DNA of 64,000 nucleotides from Selaginella moellendorffii (lineage: Eukaryota > Plantae > Lycopodiophyta): contig NW_003314266.1 in NCBI RefSeq assembly GCF_000143415.4, positions 3,813,674 through 3,877,673 on the forward strand. The letters are read 5' to 3'. Below the pieces are notes generated by a model. That model worked only from the letters and a program-made list of their open reading frames with translations. It did no database searches and was not told where the DNA came from. A program made the position numbers and the translations under genes. Each line of letters starts with the position of its first letter. The stretch's first letter is position 1. Shown here in pieces: positions 13,801 through 26,840 of this stretch.

Positions 13801-14205
13801 TCCACCACCCATAGAAGAAGTTCGATGCCCACATCGAACGTCTCTTTTTTTTTTATCCTACGACTTGTTGACCATGTCTCCGGGGGCATCCCCCCACTTA
13901 GCGGTGTGCCTAAGTTAGCCTCCCCGGCCAAGAGCTCATGACAACGGAATATAGGTGTCCCTATACTCCTCCCCTCACCACGCCCTAATATGGGGTCGGG
14001 ACTTGAACCCAGCCTTGCTTTACTAGGGGGTTGGGACTCGAACCCAACCTCCGTAGAATACGTCTACGGTTTCGACATCCCCGCAGGGAGTCGGGCGTAG
14101 CTCCCTACGCCTGGTCGACCTAGCTAACCCATGCTAATTAGCTTACCTTCGGCGCGCCTTCGGGTCCCAACATATGCCATTGCTCAACTTCTCAAATTGA
14201 TACTT

Positions 14206-17200
14206 TTAATTGAACTTTGCATAAGTACATAGAGTTCTGCCATGCAGAAATTCCTCCACTAGATCTCGCGCGTTCGCTAGGTTCTCCTCCGGTTCCCATG
14301 TTGCTTCGCAGTGTGGAAATCCTTTCCACTTCACATGGAACTCTCTCACCTCGCGTCCTTGTCGCTTGCTCTTGCGCGCATTGAGGATGGCCTCGACTTC
14401 GTATTCCTCCTCCCCTTGGATAACCTCAGGTAAAGGTCTTACTTGGTCCTTGCGAAGCGGATCCTCAAAATACGGCTTGAGTAAATTCACGTGGAACACG
14501 GGATGCATCTTCCCCATCTCTCGAGGAAGTCGGAGACGGTAAGCCACTTTACTGATTCGAGCCTCAATCTCGTAAGGCCCCGTGAACCTGCTTAAGGAAC
14601 TCAAGATTTATTCATTTACAAGAATATATGCATTTTTACCTTTGGGTCAACTTCCGGCTGATCCCACTTGGTAGCCTGAGGTTCTTGGTGTTCAGCCACA
14701 CCTTCTCCCCAGCTTGGAACTCCACATCTCGACGCTTTTGGTTTGCGTACTTAGTTTGCCTTTGTTGAGCCCGTTCCAAGGAATCCCTCACTAGATTCCA
14801 AATGTTGAGTCTTTTCGCCGTGAATGCCTCCACTGCGGGTAACTCTCCATGATACTCGGCCACGCCGAGTTCCACAGGACCTTCAATAGCTCGCCCATTG
14901 ATGACTTCCCATGGACTCACCCCGATGCTCGAATGTGGTGAGTTGTTATAACACATTTCCGCAAGTCCCAAATGACTTACCCAGTCGGTCTGGTCTCCCG
15001 AGACATAGCATCGCAAATAATCCTCCAGCTGCCTATTCACCCTTTCCGTTTGTCCGTCTGTCAAGAAGTGTTAGTGCCATCAATCTTGACTCAATACCCA
15101 TTACCTGTCTGTGGGTGATAGGCCGTGCTGAATTTCAACTTGGTGCGATACTGTTCTAGGAGTGTCCTCCAGAACCTACTGGTGAAGATTTTATCTCGAT
15201 CTGAGATAATCTCTTCCGGCCTTCCCCGCACTCGAACCACTTGTTCGAAGAACAGCTTCGCCACACCTTCCGCATCCACATCCGTTGTGGTGGGTATGAA
15301 ATGTGCCATCTTTGAAAATCGGTCCACCACCACGAATATCGCATCGAACCCCTCGCTTGGGGGTAGTCCCGTGATGAAGTCCATCGTGAGACATTTCCAC
15401 GGACGATCTGGAATGGGGATGCTTTGCAACAAGCCCCCACTAGCCTTCGTCACGGCTTTGACCTGCTGACATGTTGGACATGTCTTTACATAGTCTTGGA
15501 CGTCCTTAGCCATATCTGGCCAGTGATACTTCCTTTTGAGTAAGCCCATCGTCTTGGGCACTCCGCCGTGTCCCGCGAGAGGTCTGTCATGACACTCTTC
15601 CAAGGCTACTTTCCTTAGTTCCCCTTCTGGAACATACACCCTCGTTTGCTTGTAATATATGAGTCCGTTGCGTTTCGCATAGCCCGTTTTCTCTTCCGTT
15701 GGCAGCTCACCTCTCTGGTGAGCTTCCCGCGCCTCCAGATTCCTCAGCAACACTTCTTGTGCTAGACCATCACTCTCGTATGTGGTCCGCACATCGTCCC
15801 AAAAGGTTGCTGTCGCGCTAGATATCGCCAACTTCAAGCTCGCTTTTCGACTTAGCGCATCTGCCACGATGTTGCTCTTCCCAGGCTTGTACAGGATCTC
15901 GCAATCAAACTCGGCCAAAGCATTGGCCCACCGACCTTGTTTTCCCCTTAGGTCGGGCTGTGACAAGAAGTGTTTTGTTGCCACATTGTCCGTGTAAACC
16001 TTGAAGTGTCTCCCAAGGTAGTGTCGCCACTCCTTGAGCGCTTTGACCACCGCAAACAATTCCTTCTCGTGGGCAGGCCACTTCCGTTGAGCCTTGTCCA
16101 GCTTCTTCGAGAAGAACGCTATTGGATATTTGTCTTGCTTCAAAACTGCGCCCAACGCAAAGTCCGAAGCATCCGTGTCTACCTCAAAGTCCTTACCAAA
16201 GTCTGGTAATGCCAACACCGGAGCCTTCCTCAACTTCCCTTTGAGGTGGACGAATGCCGCCTCGCATTCCGCTGTCCATACCATCTTCCCTTTTCCTGTT
16301 TGGTCCGTTAAGGGCAGGGCTACTCTCGAATAGTGTTTGATAAACTTTCGATAGTAGTTGCATACCCCCAGGAACGCCCTCAACTCATGTACATTCGATG
16401 GTCGTTCCCATTCCTGGATCGCTTGGACCTTCTCTGGGTCCACCTTGAGCCCGTCCTGGCCCACCACATGCCCGAGAAACTTTACCTCTTGTTGAGCAAA
16501 GTCACATTTGCTCTCTTTAGCATACAGTTTGTGTTCCCTTAGTTTCTCAAACACCTTCGCCAAGTGTTCGGCATGCTCCTCTAGCGTCTCGCTATAGATC
16601 AGGATGTCGTCAATATAGACGACCACGAAGCGATCCAGATAGGGTACAAAGATGTGGTTCATCAACGCCGAAAACGTTGCCGGCGCATTGCACAACCCAA
16701 AGGGCATCACCAAAAACTCAAAGCTCCCATACCTCGTTCGACAGGTTGTCTTCTCGACATCTTCCTCAGCTACCCTGATCTGGTAGTATCCTGACCTTAG
16801 GTCAATCCTCGAGAAGTATTTTGCCTTTCCCAACCTATCGAACAGGTCCTCAATCCTTGGCAAAGGGTACTTGTTCTTCTTGGTATACTTGTTGAGCAAC
16901 CGGTAGTCTATGCACATGCGCATAGATCCATCTTTCTTTTTCATAAATAGCACCAGCGCCCTATACGGCGACTTGCTCAACCTAACATACCCTTTGTTCA
17001 CCAACTCCTCTAGTTGGCTCTTGAGCTCCTTGAGTTCTTTTTCGTTCAATCGATAGGGTGGACGAACCACCGCCTCAGCACCCTCGACCAGCTCAATCTT
17101 ATGTTCTATCGGTCGTGCGGGGGGCAACCCCGCCGGTAGCTCCTCTGGCATGGTATCTTGGAATTGGTCTAGCACCTGCTGGATCACTAAAGGTACTTCT

Positions 17201-18978
17201 TCCGTTCTTGTCTTTTTGTCACTCTTCACCGAGAGTAAGCACAAAAAGGCTGCCTTAGTTCCTTTAGTGAGTTGTCCTCTCGTGGACACCAGGTTTAAGC
17301 ATGACTCTTTGGCCTTGCTTTGCCCTACCTTTAGATCCTGGGCCTCCACCCTAGATCTTCTTCCTTGGGCATTCGCCAATACCACAAGGTTCCTACCTTG
17401 TCCATGCAGGGCTACCACGAACCGATTAAACCAATCCATTCTGAAGATCACGTCAAATCCCGCCATGTCCAAGACGGTGAAATCCATGTCCACTTTCCAT
17501 GTCCCCACTTCGACTCTCGCTTGTCGAAGTATCTCATCAGTGCTTTGGCTACCCTGAACAAACTCTATAGTCTTTGGTTCGCCTAGCCGCTGCACCGTTA
17601 GTCCGGCTTGCCGGACTATGTCTGCAGCCACAAAATTATCCGAAGCACCCGTGTCAATAAGGATCTTAACAAAGCTACCTCCGAGCTTCCCTCGGAGGGC
17701 TAGTAGATGTCGCGAACGACTCTCTACCAAAGTTGCTCGTGTAATGAGTAACTTTGAGTTAGGGACTGGATCACATACCTCAGTTTGGACTTCACCCGAC
17801 TTGATGGCCATATTGGCTCTGGCCTTCTTCGGGTAGGGACATTCCCTCGAGAAGTGTCCCGCTTCGCCGCAGTTGTAGCATACGTTGTTGCCCACGCTGC
17901 TATACGACTTGACCTTCTTATCCGTGGGTTTGTCTCTTTTCGCTTGACTTCCCCACGTACTCGCTCGCTGGCCACCGGATTTGCCTTTCCGGAACCCCGA
18001 GGACTCATTCTTAGAGAAACTCTTCTTGAATTTCCCCTTGCTATATGTTCCCCTCGGTTTCGCCCCTTTGTGAAACGTGGATCCCGACCCCGTCGTGTTC
18101 CCCTTTCGCAGGTTATCGTTGAAATGCACCTTGATGGCCGCATCCAACGCTTCCTTGTAGTTGGTCGGGTTCCAGCGCATCACCTCACCGCGAGCCCAGG
18201 TTTGCAAACCTGATATAAAGGCATGGAACGCATCCATATCCCCCATGTCCGTGACAAGTATCCTCTTTGCCATGAACCCATTCACATATTCCTGGATGGT
18301 TCCAGTCTGCTTCAGCCTACTCAACTCATCTCTCAGATGCAGAGTGGCATTCGGAGGAACGTATGTCGCGCGGATCCTCGCCTTCATCATGTCCCAGGTG
18401 GCCACCGGTCCTTCGTTGGCCTCCGTTGTTCTCCACCAAGACTTGGCATTATCTGCCAAGTATGGTTTTGCACATGGGACCTTCTCCGAGCTCGGTAACC
18501 GCAACGCTCGGAAGTAGTCCTCCATATCGTAAAACCAATCCTCTACAACCTTATAGTCGTTCACTCCCTTGAACACCGGTGGGGGCTTTGGTTTGTACTT
18601 GGGAACTGCCTGAGGGACTGATTCCACTTCGGTCTGTTCGACCTTGTCTGGTTTTGCCTCAGTCCCTGCCGAAGGGTCCGCACCTTCTGCGCTGCCAACG
18701 TCCGCAGTCTTTCACTTTTTCTTCCGCTTCTCGTCACGCTTTAACTTGCGTACGAGAGTCTCCAGCAGGGCATTGGTCTGTGCCAACTGTCCTTCTAGCA
18801 CGTCCAATCGAGCCTTGGACGACCGAACCTTGCCACCGGACTCCTATTTGGAAGTTTCCTCACTGGAGTCCTCCTCATGCAAGGATTCCTCATCCCTAGC
18901 CTCTTGTTCAACCGGAGGCTCCAGCTCCGGCGGAGGTTCCGTCTCCGCCTGGGTTCGCTTACGCCCTGCCCTTGCCAT
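14206..18978 (-). CDS. gag-pol: A1 gag-pol polyprotein, exons 18978-15105, 15057-14640, 14587-14206; two premature stops in N-terminal Gag
   Basis: CCHC knuckle [14 protein letters not shown]; protease LIDTGA; RT YIDD; RNase H DASD; IN HHCC plus D(LTMDF), D(IISDRD), E(QTER); GPY motif; chromodomain [23 protein letters not shown]. Relative to A2, CAG>TAG (~18845) and CGA>TGA (~18714). Confidence 0.92.
14588..14639 (-). other. Integrase intron 2 (52 nt, GT-AG), A1
   Basis: AG|GTAAAA...TAAGCAG|G; removal restores KLTQR-FTGPY. Confidence 0.88.
15058..15104 (-). other. Integrase intron 1 (47 nt, GT-AG), A1
   Basis: Removal restores [12 protein letters not shown]; contains a CTAAC branch-point-like motif and an in-frame stop. 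Confidence 0.88.
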
Positions 18979-21774
18979 CTCCCAGCAATCCGCCTCTATC
19001 CTTCGCTAGAACTGAGATAAAGGCTCCGATACCAAATTGTAAGCCACAAATTTTTCCTTTCCAATTTGCCAGCTTACCTCGTCTATCCGTCCAACACTGC
19101 CTTGGCTTTTGCTAAGTTCCCTTGCCAAGGTTCTCGCCTATGGTACCAGCTCCTACTTGGTTTCAGCTACTCACTGCACGAGCAACGGAGTGTTAGCCAT
19201 CTTTCCACGGATTCCCAATTCACTCTCAATCCCCCTCCCCGGGTTAGACTGGACTTAAGGTTCGGCTACCCTCCCCGCAAGCACAAACAGCCAAGCACAC
19301 CAAGCTTCCAGGTTCCTAACATCCCTTGGTACCACAAGACTTGATCATGGGACCCTCTAAATCCCAAGTCTTGAGTGCAACACTTGCTTCGGGACGCCGG
19401 GGCGAAACACCGTGGCCTAACGGCCCGGTATGGGTACCTCTCGCCCCCCACTTCCATCCCGAAGGAAGGCCCAAGCCCCTAGGAAGGGCGAGGACCAATG
19501 AGCCGCATGGTACTCAAGTGGGGCACCACTCCACATGAGCCGGGAGCACCGCAATCGGTTTCCCTTTCGGGAGCGGGAGCTGCTCTTGAGCACTTCCTTG
19601 GATGGCCCCTCCGGCACCAGCCAAGCCCATGCTCACTCCCACCCAAGGCCCCTTAGTCCCAGTCCCAACCTCAAGTCGGTTTGGAAGCCCAACTGGAGAG
19701 TCCCTTCAAAACTGGTTCCTGGACCTCACTATCCCTACTATACTTTTGGAACCCCCTGCAGCCCCCCCCTCCTGGGGGACGCACGCTTTGGGCTTTCACC
19801 CCTTGACCCGTATTAGTATTTGGACTTAGTCTCTGGCTCGATCTCGGATCCGATTTCGGATCCGACTTCGGATTCGGTTTCGGACTCGATCGCGGACTCG
19901 ATCTCGGACCCGATCTCGGGCCCGACCTCGGACTCGACTTCGGATCTCGGACTCCGTCTCGAACTCGGTCTCGAACTCGGACTCGAACTCGGTCCCCGAG
20001 TCGGTCTTGGACTCGATTCCGGACTCTATCTCGAACTCGGTCTTAGAGTCGGTCTTGGACTCGATCTTTGACTTGGTCCCATCCGATGAACTCTTTGTCA
20101 TTTTGGTCATGCTTTCGAGGTTCCCTTAGCCTACGACACCTCGGCGAGTTGGTTCCTTACATTTATACACTTGGTTGAGATGATTTTGATATCATTCCAC
20201 TTTGAGTCGTGGGGTTCTAAAACTTTAGTCTTGACACTTCCACATATCACAACACTTGCCACGTGTCAGCTGTTTTTATATCCCTTTCTTAAGAGTCTTT
20301 TATCAATCACTTCTTGCTCATTCCTTGAGTGTTTCTTATAGAGTTCCATTCCTACTCTTGATTTTTCAAGTTGGAGCTTTTGTCTAACATATTATGCTCA
20401 TTAGACTTCTGTTTTGCCCACTACCATATGGCACACCTTTGACTCCATTTTGTGAATTAGGGATTTGTGTCTTTACAACTCTACCACTTATAAACAAAGT
20501 TGATGTCCTCATTAAATGATAACCTATTTTCTAAAGTAACCCTATCAAAAATTACTATTTTATCTTTTTTCACCAAACTACTATTTGTCAATGCTTTAAC
20601 ACTAAAGGCTCATCATGCCTTAAAGAGTATATACTTTCTAACTTATAGACTCAACAACTCACTTATGATGGTTCCTTCTTATTGTTGGTTTAGATCCCAT
20701 TAAACCCACTAAAGATACTTTCTCTATCTCAACTTTACTATTCACTCTAGAGTAGTTTTAGACCATATCAACATGAAAATTGCCCTTTGGATCTTTGATA
20801 TTTAACTTCTTATATCAATTTTTCTAGGTGTTTCTGACACCTTCCCATACACACTATTGTTGTGAATACACTCTACTTCCTCATCCTAAGGAATTCCTCA
20901 CTTGTGGACACCATCATCCTCTCTTTCATCCTATAATAGCCTAGGCATTAAATTCCACCCATCATATACTAAAACTTTTTAAGGAGTTTTTTTTTAGTCT
21001 TATCTGTAGTTCAATCCCATTGCCTTTAGTGCTCTTATATCTATCTTCCTAATTAACTACATCTTCTTATAATGTCTCTATTTGGGTTATCTGACCCCAC
21101 ATGATTAAAGTTTATCTTAGGATCTCTCAATCCTTTATTTCTACCCTCTTATTAAATTACTTAAGTGTTATCATATTTTATATTAAGTTTACTTATAGCA
21201 TAATGGCCAAAAATGGGCTCAAGAAAATACTAGAACAAAACCAAATGATAAGTTAAGTGAGAAACCTTTAAAAAGTGGGTGCTAACAAATATGTAGGGAA
21301 AGTTATAAGATTCTAAAGGAAAAAAAAGCTTGGATGCTCCAATTTAGGGAAAAATAAAAGCTTCAAGAGAGGTTTATTACTTTTATTCTTTAGTCATTAC
21401 ACTAAGTAGTATAAAATCACTATTTAGTCCTTAGGGAGCAAAAACTCTATTTTGTTAAGTTTATAGGGTTTTCACCCCTTTGTAAATCTTGCCAACACTC
21501 TACAGGCTCTATCCATAGCCCAATCTTCTAACCCTTTTATGGGTCCTTTGGAGTTTACTTTCTTGTATTCACAATATTATGTATTATATTAGACTATTTC
21601 ACTTTAAATATTTTTCTCACTTAGTCACTATGACCAAATCACACTATACCATTTGTTTAAATCACTACTTTGAACCAAGAATTATGTTCCTTGACCTAAC
21701 AAAGAGTTTGTCCTTGACTAGCCATAGGATCACTTTGTGATCTAAGATAGATACTTTAACATGTTTACCAATAG

Positions 21775-21970
21775 TGTTAGGGCGTGGGCACTTAGAGAGA
21801 GTGAGAGTGTGAGAGTGAGAGAAAGAATATTCTGATTCCTAAAATATTCCTCATCCTCTTTGTATAAAACCCTTGCCCTACAAGGGTAAAAAAGAGGGGC
21901 ATTTGTGGAGCATTGGAGCATTTCTTATATTTGAGCAAACATTAGGGGAGTGCCTTTCATTCCCCCAACA
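21775..21970. repeat. Short (~195 bp) TGTT...AACA element, probable solo LTR; related copy at ~25165-25362
   Basis: Both copies share GAATATTCT(G/A)ATTCC..AAATATTCCTC..TTTGTATAAAA and a similar 3' end; TSD not clean. Confidence 0.45.
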
Positions 21971-22190
21971 ATATGTATTAGGTCTAATCAACCTTTGAGT
22001 TATTAACCACAACCTCAAGGGCATCCCCCACACTTAGTGCCGAAGCCAACCCTTCTAATCAAGGGTCTATGGCAATTAAAATTGGGTATCCTTATCCCAT
22101 TCACTACATCCCTAAGACCATTTGCACTAGATTATTCAAGTTAGATATGTTGAGTTTTCATATTAAGTATACTAACTATGGATCACAACT

Positions 22191-25164
22191 TGTAAAACAC
22201 AAATCCATAAGTCCCAAAGTAGAGCTAAAGTGTGGCACATAACAATGGCCAAAGTGGAAGTTTAGTGAGCATAATAAGTTTGGACTAAAAGCTTCAACTC
22301 AAAAAGTTGAGAGCAAGAGTGGAACTTCTAAAGAAGTGCATGAGGAATGAGCACAACGTAATCAATAAGTGAGTCTTTAGAAAAGGACACAAGAAAGACT
22401 AATATATAATAAATGTCAAGACATGTGGAAATGTTATGATCGAATCTGAGACCAAGTTCATGATTAAATTCAAGATCTAGTCTAAGACTAAGTCCAGGAT
22501 AGAGGCCAAAATAGAGTTTGAGTCTAAGACTAAGATTGAGACCAAGACCGGTTCCACTAGGGTCCTCCCCCTACTATCCCACAGGGACTTACCAAACCCC
22601 CTAGGGTCTGGGAGATTATCACTTTGGGCTTTCACCCTTGACTCAGATTTGGACTCAAATTTGATTTCGGATTCAAACTTAGTCTTGGTCTCAATGGTTA
22701 TAGTAAACAACTATAGTTGAGATCACAAAAAGAATAAGGACTCCTAGACAATAAAAAAGACATAAGATTATCCTTAGGTAATTGAGGATGGTGCTCAAGA
22801 ATTTAAGATTGAAGTTGATGAATATAGAAGGTCAAATATGGATGATGACATAGTGCATGTGGTTTTCACCTTTAATCCTATAGTGATTTACTATAGGATA
22901 ACCACGAAGTGGAACCTAAACCCTTCATATGCCACTTGTCACATGCCACGTGTCCAAAGACAGTAGAGCAGAACCCAAGTTTTAGAGCTTTGGGCCACTA
23001 AATGAAGATATGGAGCTAAACTCCCAAGCTTGTAGTTAAGGAGTGAAGGAACCGAAACACGGAATAACTTTTGAATATTCAGCCCAAGGAGTAAAGAGAT
23101 AAAAGCACAAAGTGACTTAGAATAGTCCTAGAGCATCCTGCATCCCAATGCCAAGACTAGCATACAAAATGGAGCTAAACAGAATTTGGTGTTATTTCAG
23201 TATACTGATGGCCTAACGCAAGGATATGGGTATTCCACTAGCTAGCATGGTGTGGAACTTGGGCTTAGACCCAAGCTAGATGTAAAAAAAAGACAAACAC
23301 ACAAGCTAGAGTTAGACTATGCCTCAAGTTAGTCAGCCATGCTTGACATACCCACTATCCTTATTATACATTTGAAACCCCCTACAGCCCCCCCCCCACC
23401 CCACCCCTCTAGAGGAACATATGCTTTGGGCTTTGGGCTTTGACCCTTAGCTACCGTTAGTACTAATCTAGGACAAACTTGAAACTTACTAAATATGAAC
23501 TATCCTTAAATTGCAAATTTGAACACAAAACCAACACTAATGTGTTCATGACAATCTCTACATTCTGTAGATATGCCAAATAAATAGATCTAGATACTTT
23601 CCATAAATAACAATTGGGACCGGAACAAAACCAACACAAAGGGCATGATAGTGAGGGTTTTTGGCAAACAAGGTAAGCTATCATCTAGCAAGTATTGAGG
23701 GACTAATTTCAATATCTCAGGGGTTCTTGATACTAACAAGTGCAAGCCAATAACAGGAGTTTCTCAAACTAGGCCAAGTTTGCTCAGCAAGAAGCATATA
23801 GAAGTTCTTACCTTATGTTTATCCAATTTTAATATATGGCCATTGACTAGTTTCTAAACTAGCTCAAGTGGGAACTATAAAGGAACCAACAATACTGACC
23901 TCCTGCCATCGTGGCAGTAAGGAAAAAATATCTGAAAGGACTAACCAATAAATAACTTTCGATACCTAAAGTTACATTTGTAACAATATATTATTGAAAT
24001 GGTAGTTGAGGCTACCTTTAATAAATGTTAGAACAACCTAAGGAGTTGAAGGTGTATTTGAAGGATAAGTCAACATCTTTATAATATTGAAGGATAGTTC
24101 TAAGGGACAAAAGTAGCCCATATAGAACAAGGGATAATCAAGTGTTGAAGTAACACTTCTGAGAATAATTTATATGAATAAAATATAAATACAAGAATTT
24201 GTATTTAACAGTAGTAACACATCAAAAGTAGCTATGAAGCTATAACTTTATGGGTCATGAGACTAATAAAGTCTAAAATCTAAATAACTTAAGGGACTCA
24301 AAGAATGGTTCCAAAGGCTTGGATGAAACATATTTGGAATGAGGTGTATTATCCCCAATTAAAGACTAAAAAGATCATAAGATCTAAGTATGAGAATAGT
24401 GAGTATTTCATTAATGGCAAAAGGTGTTATGTTAAAGCAACTTTTGCAAAAGTTATGTTTGCACACAATGGTGAAGGCTAACTAATAATTAGCATAGAAA
24501 ATGGCAGAAGTATGGTCTTGGTGAAAAACATAGACACAAACGAAGTGTATCATAAAAATAAGCTCATAGAGCCATGTGGAAACACCAATTATCGGAAGGG
24601 AAGATATCTTGAGGTCATGTTAGCTAGTTTGTGAATACTCCTTGCTAAAGTAATATCAATGGAAAAGGAATTGATATAACTTAAGCTAGAAGGTATGGGA
24701 TTTGAGTGTTTTGACCTAAATATTGATGGAATTGTGAAAGTATTGATAATGAGTTGTAGGAAATGATAAGTATGATGCAACTAAGCAAAAGTTTGGTATA
24801 ATTGATTGAAGTAGTGGAAGCTAACTTTATATGACTCTTTATTAAGATAGGAAGGAGGCTAAATATATTTCATAAAGGATAAATTACTTATATTATGATA
24901 TAATGAGTTAGGATTGTAAAAGGAAATGTTCATTGTCTAAGAATTCCATCATAACGATATGTAAGCACCTTAAAACACTAAGTATTGTTTAGTATCATGA
25001 GGGTATTAAATAAGGTCCAAAAGACTAAGTTATTAAAGAATAATAGATAACAAAGGAGGTTTGTCTACCCAAAGTGGATAAGACAAAGGATTTTAGCATG
25101 GATAAAAATATATATATATATATATATAGAGGCTTATAGGTAGCAATGTTAATCTTGGTGTGTG
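22191..25164 (+). mobile_element. Fragmented old B-family LTR start and internal region
   Basis: TGTAAAACACAAATCC resembles the B LTR start; 22700-22857 and 23990-25160 align loosely with 37455-38820. Confidence 0.55.
22858..23985 (-). mobile_element. Decayed solo LTR of a third A-related family (E)
   Basis: TG...CA ends; interrupts colinear B internal sequence; contains the A/B-type promoter core at 23355-23460. Confidence 0.6.
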
Positions 25165-26098
25165 TGTTAAGATGTAGAGCATAGCTCAAAGCACTAGGAA
25201 TATTCTAATTCCAAAAATATTCCTCTCTTTTTGTATAAAAGCCCCACAAATGAGCAGGGGTAAAGGAGGGTATTTAGGGCAATAGGAAAAAGCTTAAGTT
25301 CATGATAGAGGCATAAAAAGTTTAAGTTAAAAAAGTTGGGAGAATGCCCTTATCTTCCAACATCAATATAATAGACTAGACTAACTTTTTTGGAAAGTCT
25401 TGAATAGCATTATATACTTTCCACCTTTTGTTTTGACTATGTATTCTTTTGCAAGCACAATGATGTACTTTGTGAATAGAATCTCATACAAGCGTTTGAG
25501 CCAAGCTTATTTTACGCTACTTCTACTTGGAAATGGTATAAATAAATTTAATTGCTTTATGCTTTTTTGCTAGCTTCCTATGCATCTTTGTGGAAATAGT
25601 CCTGATTCTATCATTCATGTCTCCAACTCTCCTCTCAAGATTGAAATTAAATTTCTTAAGGTTTTCAATCTCATTCAAGGTGAGCATGACCCCATTAGCA
25701 ATCGACCATTCTTGAGGTATTGTAACAAGTTTAGTCAATATAGTGTCTTCAAGCTATTTCATATAGTTGGCATTAGTTTTGCAACAATATAGCCAACACT
25801 ATCTTAGCTTGGTTTCGTTCCCCATAGAAATATGGGGCTAGAATAGAAATAAATTTGTCACCACGGATCCAAGTCTAACATTTGCCCCTTAGAAGCATCC
25901 CCACACACTTTACATTAAATTTTACTAGCACTTAGCAAATTGCCCATTGCCTCGACTCTATGCTACAATAAGTAATTTCAAGGATTGGCACCATAAGCAG
26001 GAGGAGTTGGACCATGTGCCGTGAATGCCGCCATCAATTGAGTTTGGTTGTTCAATTGCAAACGCATAGCATCAAGCAATTGAACCAACTGCTGCTCT

Positions 26099-26468
26099 TG
26101 TCGCGAATGTGACTTCGGGTATCGAAAGTTACCTGTCGACTAGTCCTTACGGACACTCTTACCTTACTACCACGATGGCAGGAGGTCGGTATTGTTGGAC
26201 CCTTTATTAGTCCCTCTTGTGCTAGTGGAGTTAACTGGGCATTTTGAGTGTACTTAGACCGGACAAGCATAAGGAAGGAATTCCTACGTATTATTAGCTA
26301 AGCATACTTAGCTTGGTAAGGAGTTCCCGTGACTTCAGGTATCGAAAGTTACCTGTCAACTAGTCCTTACGGACACTCCGACCTCCTGCCATCGTGGCAG
26401 TAAGGTAAGAGTGTCCGTAAAGACTAGTCGACAGGTAACTTTCAATACCCGAAGTCACATTCGCGACA
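26099..26468. mobile_element. 370-bp foldback/MITE-like element with 91-bp TIRs, TGT...ACA ends and a 5-bp TSD (element D)
   Basis: TIRs at 26099-26189 and 26378-26468; TSD GCTCT at 26094-26098 and 26469-26473; C2 gag sequence resumes on both sides. Confidence 0.88.
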
Positions 26469-26840
26469 GCTCTAGAGTCAAAGGAGGAGATTGTGGATCG
26501 GCCATGAAGATGAACTAAAAAGAAAGAGCAAAAGAAGAGAAATGACAAAAAGCTGGAAAGAAATGGTAGATCTAGACAATGCAAAAAGCTAGATCTAAAC
26601 CAAAATCCTGAAAAGAAAGAACAAAAGAAAGGAAATGGAAAAAGCTAGATCTAGACAATGCAAAAGCTAAATCTAAACCAAAATCCCAAATCCAAGCACT
26701 CCTCAGGGATAATCAAAGGTGCCCCTCATCTCCACCAATGTGAGTGCCTGGAATATGGAAAAGGAATACAGAAATGTGCATATCAATTAGCCCAAAAACC
26801 CTAACTTATATACAAGAGCGAGTGGTCCGGATTGAAACCA

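Larger units (their letters stand above)
12651..20161 (-). mobile_element. Full-length Ty3/gypsy chromovirus, family A copy A1
   Basis: Near-identical LTRs at 12651-13798 and 19038-20161 with TG...CA ends; TSD TTTAT at 12646-12650 and 20162-20166; PBS at 19023-19034; PPT at 13799-13813; domain order Gag-PR-RT-RH-IN-CHD. Confidence 0.97.
11582..22190 (-). mobile_element. Old degenerate B-family element (LTR ~11582-20477 split by A1, then PPT and internal region)
   Basis: CATAAGTGACTAAATTTTCTATTCTA resembles the B LTR terminus. The LTR resumes at 20167 and ends ...GTCTTTACA at 20477 followed by a decayed PPT. A decayed structured module lies at ~22010-22130. Confidence 0.7.
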
